Positions 37,075-45,486 of a DNA stretch of 45,486 bases are shown here, one piece after another. How positions within the stretch are numbered: the first letter of the stretch is position 1; each line of letters starts with the position of its first letter. The DNA is from Planctomycetota bacterium. Its GTDB lineage: Bacteria; Planctomycetota; GCA-002687715; DRQF01. The position numbers and the translations under genes are program-made. The notes beneath the pieces are model-generated. The model had not been told where the DNA came from, made no database searches, and was given only the letters and a program-made list of their open reading frames with translations. The stretch spans positions 1 through 45,486 of the forward strand of contig JAZGFI010000144.1 of the NCBI GenBank assembly GCA_036479435.1, in the 5' to 3' direction.

Positions 37075-37243
37075 CCGAAGGGCTTCGGCTCTTTGGTGGC
37101 TCTCTCCGGCCTTGAGAAAACCGGAGGGTCGGATTCTTGGCGAGGATCGCCGGAATTCGGACTGAGAAAGTGGAAGGCCAACAGGCGCGCGCCGGGTGAT
37201 GCCCCGCGTTGCGGCTGCTGGCGGCTTAGCAAAGCAGAGGAAC

Positions 37244-38008
37244 ATGATGCCGTTTCCCTTCCTCGAAGGCGCAGACCCCTTCGGCTACGTGCTGCACCAC
37301 AACATGGACGCGTCCATGGGCCCGCTTGGTCTGACCAAGTTCACGCTCAACATGATGCTGTCGTCAGTGGTGTTGATTCTTATGGTGTTGGCCGCCAAAA
37401 AGTCAACACTCATGCCGACCGGGTTCTTGCGGAACATCTTCGAGGCCATTTTTCTGTTCGTGCGCGACGAAATGGTCGCGCCGTCGATGAATGCGAAGGA
37501 TGCGAAGAAGTTCATGCCCTTCTTCGTGACGGTGTTCTTGTTCATCTTGACGATGAACTTGATGGGGATGGTGCCGCTGCCCTACATTGGCGGCGCGGCG
37601 ACTTCGCAACTTAGCCTTACCATACCGCTCGCGGTCATGATCACGTTGATCTCCTTGATCGGCGGCATCATGGCGAATGGTGTGGGCGGCTTTTTGAAGA
37701 GCTTTGTGCCTTCCGGGCTCCCGGCCGCAGTCGTGCCTCTCATCTTTGTTCTCGAGATCATCTCCTTCGTTATTAAGCACGGAGTCTTGGCGATTCGCCT
37801 CATGGCGAACATGCTCGGCGGCCACTTAGTCGTGGGGTCTTTCATCGCGCTCATTTCGATTTTCGAAAGCTACGGAATGGCGGCATTTTCGGTGCCGATG
37901 ATCCTGTTTATCAACCTGATCGAGGTCTTAGTGTCCTTTCTGCAGGCTTATGTCTTTACGCTGTTGGCGATCATGTTTATCGGCAGCTCGCTCCACCCCG
38001 ACCATTAG
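37244..38008 (+). CDS. atpB: ATP synthase F0 subunit a
   Basis: FLFILTMNLMGMVP, LEIISFVIKHGVLAIRLMANMLGGH (essential Arg), EVLVSFLQAYVFTLL. Start is 37244 or 37247. Confidence 0.96.
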   Translation: MMPFPFLEGADPFGYVLHHNMDASMGPLGLTKFTLNMMLSSVVLILMVLAAKKSTLMPTGFLRNIFEAIFLFVRDEMVAPSMNAKDAKKFMPFFVTVFLFILTMNLMGMVPLPYIGGAATSQLSLTIPLAVMITLISLIGGIMANGVGGFLKSFVPSGLPAAVVPLIFVLEIISFVIKHGVLAIRLMANMLGGHLVVGSFIALISIFESYGMAAFSVPMILFINLIEVLVSFLQAYVFTLLAIMFIGSSLHPDH

Positions 38009-38212
38009 GTCGCGGTGAGTCTTTGGCCCGGGCCGAAGACAGCCAAATAGAAACAACTCGCTCTTCGGAGTGGGATGCAGACAAGCTGTTGACTTCGGGC
38101 TTCGTGTTCGAATTCAGTGGTGAGTGAAATTGAGAAAGTGGTCGAAAGGGGGCCTGTGCCCTCAACAAAGTCGGCGGCAGAGTCCGCCCCCTGCTCCAGG
38201 AGAACAGGAATC

Positions 38213-38542
38213 ATGTTGAAGTTCAGCAAGCTGATGTTCATTGCTCTGGTCGCGTTCATGATTGTGGCGGCTCCGGGCTTCGCCGCGGACAGCAACGATG
38301 TCAGTGTCGCCACGGAAAGCGCCAAAGGCTGGGGCTACATCGGTGCCGGTATCGGCGCGGGTCTCGCCATCATTGGTGTGGGCATGGGTATCGGTCGTCT
38401 CGCGGGCTCGGCCCTCGAAGGAATGGCGCGCCAGCCCGAGGCCGGAGCGGCCTTGCGTACTACGATGATCATCGCGGCCGCTCTCATCGAAGGTGCCGGA
38501 TTCTTTGCGCTGGTTATCGCGATCTTACTTGCGACGAAGTAG
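38213..38542 (+). CDS. atpE: ATP synthase F0 subunit c with N-terminal signal-peptide-like extension
   Basis: GAGIGAGLAIIGVGMGIG..ARQPEA..AALIEG (H+-type carboxylate, no Na+-type ES/T). Start reassigned to ATG 38213. Confidence 0.96.
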   Translation: MLKFSKLMFIALVAFMIVAAPGFAADSNDVSVATESAKGWGYIGAGIGAGLAIIGVGMGIGRLAGSALEGMARQPEAGAALRTTMIIAAALIEGAGFFALVIAILLATK

Positions 38543-38652
38543 TACGGCCGGTCCTTGGGCGCTGTTTGCGCCGAGGACTTGTGCTTCGCCGGCCGTTGCT
38601 TTGCTGCAACGGCGCGGCGGGGTGATTCGAAGCTAAGAAACGGGAGAAACGC

Positions 38653-39174
38653 ATGCTGATGTTTCTCGAAGGTGGGGATTTTAATCCCCTCGAAATCTCG
38701 ACCGGATTCATGTTCTGGTCGGTCATTACCTTCGCACTCACGCTCGTGATCTTGACCAAGTACGGCTGGAAGCCGCTCATGGAATCGATCGATGCGCGTG
38801 AAGAGAAAATCCGAAACGACCTCGACCAAGCCGATAAAGCGCGCGCCGAGGCCGAGCAGCTGATGAAGTCGAATCGAGAGCAGTTGGCCAAAGCCGCTGA
38901 CGAAGCCCGCCAACTCATGGCGGACACTCGTGAAGCCGGTGAACGGTCCAAGCAAAACCTCTTGAATGAAGCCAAGGAGCAGGTTGAAAGCCTGAAAGTC
39001 CAGGCTGAAAAAGACATCGCCGCAGCCCGGGACAAGGCCATCGCGGACATCAAGACGCACGTCGTCGAGGTGGCCATGGGGGTCTCTCGTCAGATCGTTG
39101 GCAACTCTGTTGATGAGGCCGAACACAATCGCCTTGTCGAAGAGCTGCTGAAGAAGGCCAAGGGAGCGGCCTAA
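38653..39174 (+). CDS. atpF: ATP synthase F0 subunit b
   Basis: FWSVITF..L.KYGWKPL..IDAREEKI, coiled coil. Confidence 0.95.
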   Translation: MLMFLEGGDFNPLEISTGFMFWSVITFALTLVILTKYGWKPLMESIDAREEKIRNDLDQADKARAEAEQLMKSNREQLAKAADEARQLMADTREAGERSKQNLLNEAKEQVESLKVQAEKDIAAARDKAIADIKTHVVEVAMGVSRQIVGNSVDEAEHNRLVEELLKKAKGAA

Positions 39175-39713
39175 TGAGCGAGGCAGCGGTTCGACGTTAT
39201 GCCGATGCACTTTTCGAGCTGGCGCGCGACAAAGCGCTCCTGCCCGAAGTGGTGGATGGTGTGGACGGTGTACGCAAAGCCTTGTCGGCGAGCCCCGACC
39301 TGGTCGCGAAGTTCAAGAGCGTCCGTACGACGCAAACCGAAAAGCGCGAATTTGTTGATCAACAGCTAACGGTGCGCGCCCATCCTTATGTGCGCAATGC
39401 CCTGAAACTGTTGATCGACCGAAACCGCGGTGACGACCCCTTGTTCTTCGTGCTGGCTTTTTTCGAGCGCATGGAAGCCGAACAAGGTGTCGTTAAAGTC
39501 CTCGTCGAATCCGCACGCGGAATGGGCGACTTGGCGGCGGAAGATCTCGCCAAGCGGCTTTCGACGGTCTTGGGCAAAAAGGTCTCCATGGAGGCCGAAA
39601 CACTACCGGAGTTGCTCGGGGGAATCCGAGTCACCATCGGTTCGAAGCGCATCGACGCGAGCATCAAAAAGCAACTGGACAATCTGGAGACGCGGCTTCG
39701 CTCAGCAATTTGA
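39174..39713 (+). CDS. atpH: ATP synthase F1 subunit delta
   Basis: VRRYADALFELA, LLIDRNR, PELLGGIRVTIGSKRIDASIKKQL. Confidence 0.95.
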   Translation: MSEAAVRRYADALFELARDKALLPEVVDGVDGVRKALSASPDLVAKFKSVRTTQTEKREFVDQQLTVRAHPYVRNALKLLIDRNRGDDPLFFVLAFFERMEAEQGVVKVLVESARGMGDLAAEDLAKRLSTVLGKKVSMEAETLPELLGGIRVTIGSKRIDASIKKQLDNLETRLRSAI

Positions 39714-39749
39714 GCGCAGCTGACGGCATCCTGCAGGGAGTTTGGACGA

Positions 39750-41288
39750 ATGGATATTAGTCCCGCTGAAATCACCTCGATCTTAAAGAAAGAGATCGAG
39801 AACTACGACCAGAAGATGGAAGTCGAATCAATCGGCACCGTCGTCAGCGTCGGCGATGGCGTGGCCCGCATCAGCGGTCTTCGCGATTGCAAAATGAGCG
39901 AAATGCTCGAGTTCCCGGGCGGTGCGTTTGGGATCGCGCTTAACCTCGAAGCTGACTCCGTTGGTTGCGTGGTTTTGGGCGACTACACCGGCATCAAAGA
40001 AGGCGACACCGTCAAGGCCACTGGACAGATCATGTCCGTGCCGGTCGGTGAAGCACTTCTCGGCCGTGTCGTGAACGCGCTCGGGGCGACAATTGACGGC
40101 AAAGGCGGCCTTGATAACGACGGCACCTATCCGGTTGAAGGTCGGGCACCGAACGTGCTCGAGCGCCAGCCGGTTCACGAGCCCGTGCAAACCGGAATTG
40201 TCGCGATCGACGCCATGATTCCCGTCGGTCGTGGCCAGCGCGAGCTGGTGATCGGTGACCGCCAGACCGGCAAGACCGCCGTCTGTGTTGATGCGATCAT
40301 CAACCAAAAGGGCAAAGACCTCGTCTGCATCTACGTCAACGTCGGCCAGAAAATGTCGACGGTGAAGGCGGTGCAGGAGACGCTCGAAAAGCACGGCGCG
40401 ATGGAATACACCATTATCGTCAACGCTCCTGCGTCCGACTCCGCGGCCATGCAGTGGCTCGCTCCTTTTGCAGGTTGTGCGATGGGAGAGTACTTCCGCG
40501 ATCGCGGCCAGCACGCTTTGATCGTCTACGACGATCTCTACAAGCACGCGATGGCTTGGCGCGAAGTGTCGCTCTTGCTCCGTCGTCCGCCGGGACGCGA
40601 AGCCTTTCCCGGCGACGTCTTCGCTCTTCACAGTCGTTTGCTCGAACGCTCGGCGAAGCTTGCCGACGATGCCCACAAGACCAACCCCAAGCAGTTCAAG
40701 GCGGGTTCGGGTTCGTTGACGGCCTTGCCCATCGTGGAAATCCAGCAGGGTGATGTGACGGCTTACATTCCGACCAACGTCATCTCGATTACCGACGGTC
40801 AGATTTACCTCGAAACGGACCTGTTCAACGCCGGTATTCGTCCTGCGGTGAACGTTGGTCTTTCGGTATCGCGCGTAGGCGGTTCAGCTCAGATCAAAGC
40901 GATGAAGAAGGTCGCTGGCCAGCTTCGCTTGGAGATGGCGCAGTTTCGCGAACTTGCGGCCTTCACGCAGTTCGCTTCGGATTTGGACGCGGCCACCAAA
41001 GCCCAGCTCACGCGAGGCGAACGCTTGGTCGAGGTCTTGAAGCAGAATCAATACGCGCCGATGGAAGTCGAAGACCAGATTTTCATGATCTTCGCCGGTA
41101 CCAACCGCTACCTCGATGACATCCCGGCCCAAAAGGTCAAGGTCTTCCAGTCCGAGTTCCTCGCCTTCATGCGTGACCGATTCCCGCAGGTTGGCGAGGC
41201 CATTGTCAGCTCCGGAAAACTGGAAGACGACAACGTCAGTGCGCTGAAGAACGCGCTCGACGAGTTCAAGAAAATCTTCAGCGCGTGA
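39750..41288 (+). CDS. atpA: ATP synthase F1 subunit alpha
   Basis: [53 protein letters not shown]. Confidence 0.99.
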   Translation: MDISPAEITSILKKEIENYDQKMEVESIGTVVSVGDGVARISGLRDCKMSEMLEFPGGAFGIALNLEADSVGCVVLGDYTGIKEGDTVKATGQIMSVPVGEALLGRVVNALGATIDGKGGLDNDGTYPVEGRAPNVLERQPVHEPVQTGIVAIDAMIPVGRGQRELVIGDRQTGKTAVCVDAIINQKGKDLVCIYVNVGQKMSTVKAVQETLEKHGAMEYTIIVNAPASDSAAMQWLAPFAGCAMGEYFRDRGQHALIVYDDLYKHAMAWREVSLLLRRPPGREAFPGDVFALHSRLLERSAKLADDAHKTNPKQFKAGSGSLTALPIVEIQQGDVTAYIPTNVISITDGQIYLETDLFNAGIRPAVNVGLSVSRVGGSAQIKAMKKVAGQLRLEMAQFRELAAFTQFASDLDAATKAQLTRGERLVEVLKQNQYAPMEVEDQIFMIFAGTNRYLDDIPAQKVKVFQSEFLAFMRDRFPQVGEAIVSSGKLEDDNVSALKNALDEFKKIFSA

Positions 41289-41298
41289 GGTTCATGCT

Positions 41299-42189
41299 GT
41301 GAAGGGAGTCAGAGAACTCAAGGCGCGCCTCGGCAGCGTCAGCAACATCAAAAAAGTCACCAGCACTATGGAGCTGGTCGCGACGGCGAAGATGAAGAAG
41401 CTCCAAGAGCGCGCCAACGCGAGCCGTCCCTACGCTGAGGCGATTCGCGCCATGCTGGCTCAAGTTGCTGGATTCGTTTCACCGGAGGTGTCGCCACTGC
41501 TTCGCGATCCGGGCAAGGTCGAGCGCGAATGCGTGGTGGTCATTGCCGGGGACAAGGGCCTTTGTGGCGCCTTCAACACCAACGTCTTTCGCGTGGCTTT
41601 GAATTACATTGCCGCACGAAAAAACGAAGGTGTGGAAGTGTCGGTTTATGCCATCGGCAAGCGCACCGAGAAGTTCGCGAACAAGATCGGTTTTGCCATC
41701 GAAGGCATGATCGAAGAAAAAGTCGAGTTGATCTCTCACCGCCGTATCGAGGTGACGATGCGGGCGCTGGGCGATTCCTTTGTTGCCGACAAATTCCAAA
41801 AGATCTCTTTGGTCTACACCAAGATGAAATCTGCCGCGGTGTTCACACCGCTCGTTGAGCCTCTGTTGCCTTTGGCCGCCTCTGAGCCATCGGGCGATGG
41901 CCACAGCGAGGCCAAGGCGGGGATCGAGCTGGATTTCACGATGGAACCATCGGCCGAAGAAATCATGACGCGCCTTATTCCGAAAACCTTGGCAGTGAAC
42001 CTCATGAATGGGGTGCACCAGTCTTTGGCTTCTGAGTTTGCCGCTCGTCGCATTGCCATGAAAAACGCTACAGACGCCGCAACCGACATGATTGACGAGT
42101 TGCGGATGGAATACAACAAGGCTCGCCAGACCGGTATTACGGCCGAGCTCTTGGAAATCATCTCTGGTGCCGAAGCCCTGAAGGGCTGA
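41299..42189 (+). CDS. atpG: ATP synthase F1 subunit gamma
   Basis: IKKVTSTMELVATAK, DKGLCGAFN, ASEFAARRIAMKNATD, YNKARQTGITAELLEI. Confidence 0.98.
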   Translation: MKGVRELKARLGSVSNIKKVTSTMELVATAKMKKLQERANASRPYAEAIRAMLAQVAGFVSPEVSPLLRDPGKVERECVVVIAGDKGLCGAFNTNVFRVALNYIAARKNEGVEVSVYAIGKRTEKFANKIGFAIEGMIEEKVELISHRRIEVTMRALGDSFVADKFQKISLVYTKMKSAAVFTPLVEPLLPLAASEPSGDGHSEAKAGIELDFTMEPSAEEIMTRLIPKTLAVNLMNGVHQSLASEFAARRIAMKNATDAATDMIDELRMEYNKARQTGITAELLEIISGAEALKG

Positions 42190-42201
42190 ATCGGCACTTA
42201 G

Positions 42202-43620
<1,419 letters not shown>

Positions 43621-43632
43621 TTTATTCGCTGC

Positions 43633-43733
43633 TTATTCCGTGCCAGGCACCCCGCCGTTATTCCGTGCCAGGCACCCCGCCGTCACTTTGGGGTGCCTGG
43701 CACGGAAAAGTGACGGCGTGGTGCCTGGCACCC
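43633..43733. repeat. Cluster of four REP-like palindromes (core GTGCC-W-GGCAC) in the atpD-atpC spacer
   Basis: Exact 25-bp tandem duplication TTATTCCGTGCCAGGCACCCCGCCG (43633-43657, 43658-43682), then two inverted copies (43690-43707, 43708-43733). Confidence 0.88.
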
Positions 43734-43770
43734 GATAAGCACTTAAGCTTTGGATCCTAGGAGCTATCTT

Positions 43771-44193
43771 GTGGAAACAAGTTTCACGCTTGAAGTCATC
43801 ACGCCGGAGAGCATCGTCTATACCGGCCGCGTGAAGGAACTCATCCTTCCGGCCATCGACGGCCAGATCGGCGTCCTCGCCAATCACGCTCCGTTGGTCA
43901 CGGCTCTCGCTGTCGGTGCCCTCCAGATCAAAGAAGAAGACGGCAGCGAACGCACGATGGTCGTCTCGGACGGTTTTTTCGAGATCGCCAACAACCACGC
44001 CCGCGTCCTCGCCGACGCCGGTGAACGGGCTGAAGACATCGACCTCAGCCGCGCCCAAGCCGCCGAGAAGCGCGCTCGCAAGCGCCTCGAAGAGGGCGAG
44101 AACCGCGAAATCGACTTCGACCGCGTCCGCGCCGTCCGTTCCCTGCAAAAAGCACTCTGGCGCGAACGCGTCGCCAGAAAACGCGGCCGTTAG
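43771..44193 (+). CDS. atpC: ATP synthase F1 subunit epsilon
   Basis: LEVITPE, GQIGVLANHAPLVTAL, VSDGFFEI, EDIDLSRAQAA..RA. Start taken as GTG 43771. Confidence 0.97.
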   Translation: METSFTLEVITPESIVYTGRVKELILPAIDGQIGVLANHAPLVTALAVGALQIKEEDGSERTMVVSDGFFEIANNHARVLADAGERAEDIDLSRAQAAEKRARKRLEEGENREIDFDRVRAVRSLQKALWRERVARKRGR

Positions 44194-44211
44194 ACAGCGC
44201 GGTGCTATCGC

Positions 44212-44250
44212 GGTGCCAGGCACCCCGCCGTCGCTTTTCGGTACCACCCT
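44212..44250 (+). repeat. Left REP-like end of the RAYT element
   Basis: GGTGCC-A-GGCACC palindrome plus CCGCCGTCGCTTTTCGGTACCACCCT. 44218-44250 is the reverse complement of 45337-45369 (30/33 identical). Confidence 0.85.
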
Positions 44251-44302
44251 TTAATGCGGTCCATCTGTCTCTTCCCAACGTCTGGTGTTGGGGAGGATAC
44301 TC

Positions 44303-45310
44303 ATGGCAAGACGCCCTCGCCGGGACGAGCCCGGCTCACTTCATCACGTTTGTAATCGCGGTGTGTCCAAGCGCACCATGTTCGAGAACCGTCCGGATTA
44401 CCGGTACTTCCTGAGCCAGCTCGCCCGGGCAGTCCACCGCAAGGAAATCGAAGTCCTCGCCTACTCGATCTTGGCAAACCATTTCCACGTGCTGCTCCGC
44501 AGCCTTGGTTTCCTGGGCAAGGCGATGGGGACCATTCAGAGCAACTTCAGTCGTCGCTTCAATCGCAGCCGCGACCGAGACGGTCCATTGACGAAGAATC
44601 GTTACTGGTCGCGGCGTGTGGAATCAGAAGCCGAAAGCCGCGTCGTGATCAGCTACATCGACTACAATCCCGTCAGGGCTGGTCTTGTCGCGCATCCCGC
44701 AGACTACGAGTTTGGGAGCGCCCGCGATTTTCATGTTGGGCCCATTCGAGTCTGGCTTAACCGCGATGGTGTCGCCGGTTTCATGGCGGATCCCTATCGA
44801 CAAGACAGACGAGGTTGCCCTCAATACCAAGATGCCGTGGGCAAGGTGCCGCACGAATATCATGAAATTATTCAGCGAAGGTTTGATTCGCCCCATCACT
44901 CCGAAGAATCCGTTCATGATCTGTTGGCAACGAGTCCTGACCACGTGATCGCCTGGATGCGGCGCCGGGCTGCGCTTGCCGACGGGACGAAGCCTGGGCT
45001 CCCGGTAGCGCCGAAGATGCTCGTTGTGCGTTGGCTTCAGGCGTCAAGAACAGAAGTAGACGAATTGGCACTGACCCTCGGCATTCCGAAGCACTTATTG
45101 TGGCGCGCCCTCAATTGCGGACTCCTAAGACTGCTCTGTGGACTTCGCCACGATGAAATCTCGAGTTTGGAGGGTTTCAAGGGTTCGGTGAGTCGAGGCC
45201 TTTCTCTGCATCGGCTCACGCTGCTGCGCGAGCCGATGTATGCCGAGTGTTGCGGAAGGATAGTTGCTTCGATCTTGGGCGAGATGGAACGCGCCGTGCT
45301 TGGTCGATGA
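44303..45310 (+). CDS. REP-associated tyrosine transposase (RAYT/TnpA-REP, HUH Y1 family) with C-terminal extension
   Basis: MARRPR..PG..HHVCNRG....MF....DY..FL, YSILANHFHVLL (HUH), YIDYNPVRAGLV..P.DY.FGS (catalytic Tyr region); RBS GGAGG before ATG 44303. Confidence 0.9.
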   Translation: MARRPRRDEPGSLHHVCNRGVSKRTMFENRPDYRYFLSQLARAVHRKEIEVLAYSILANHFHVLLRSLGFLGKAMGTIQSNFSRRFNRSRDRDGPLTKNRYWSRRVESEAESRVVISYIDYNPVRAGLVAHPADYEFGSARDFHVGPIRVWLNRDGVAGFMADPYRQDRRGCPQYQDAVGKVPHEYHEIIQRRFDSPHHSEESVHDLLATSPDHVIAWMRRRAALADGTKPGLPVAPKMLVVRWLQASRTEVDELALTLGIPKHLLWRALNCGLLRLLCGLRHDEISSLEGFKGSVSRGLSLHRLTLLREPMYAECCGRIVASILGEMERAVLGR

Positions 45311-45336
45311 ACGACGTGAGCGTGAAGGTTGCGAGG

Positions 45337-45369
45337 AGGGTGGTACTGGAAAGCGACGGCGTGGTGCCT
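45337..45369 (-). repeat. Right REP-like end of the RAYT element (palindromic core degraded)
   Basis: AGGGTGGTACTGGAAAGCGACGGCGTGGTGCCT, an inverted copy of 44218-44250. Confidence 0.85.
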
Positions 45370-45486
45370 TCCATGAGAGGGCCCCGCTAGTCAAGGGATG
45401 TCCGTCGCTTTTTCTTCTTTCTTGCTCTTCGGGTGTTTTCTTTCCGCGCTAGCGATGTTGATCAAAAAAGAGGACCGCGTCCGCAG

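Noticed and set aside
43633..43733. Possible mini CRISPR array
   Set aside because: The repeats abut with no unique spacers, include inverted copies, match the RAYT ends, and no cas genes are present.

Overview
GC-rich bacterial chromosomal window, probably Planctomycetota or another PVC-type diderm (inferred from protein style only). From left to right: (1) the 3' end of a group II intron (end of the intron ORF, domains V and VI; 1-124). (2) A tightly coupled block: HAD hydrolase, AsnB-type amidotransferase, TMTC-like GT-C/TPR glycosyltransferase, rsmE, and an FHA-GAF-AAA+ sigma54 activator with a degenerate Walker B. (3) An ~18.5 kb operon bounded by a near-consensus sigma54 promoter (8853-8868) and an intrinsic terminator (27330-27360). 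It encodes an unusual type IV filament (T2SS/T4P-like) module: a dual-FHA membrane protein, a PilM-PilN fusion, PilO-like, PilP-like/TPR, five prepilins in the order G-H-K-J-I (including a 1744-aa GspK-like protein with nested LamG and repeated ~60-90 aa modules), and an exported Cys-motif protein. No ATPase, platform, secretin or prepilin peptidase gene is in the window. This operon is the best candidate for an undescribed system. (4) Parvulin/SurA-like lipoprotein, scpB and a PpiD/SurA-like protein. (5) A minus-strand run: lipoprotein, ndk, rqcH/NFACT, TPR lipoprotein, rnpA, yidD. (6) A complete F-type ATP synthase operon with a REP-like palindrome cluster between atpD and atpC. (7) A REP-associated tyrosine transposase flanked by 33-bp inverted repeats. 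All calls come from reading motifs by eye; no database searches were run.
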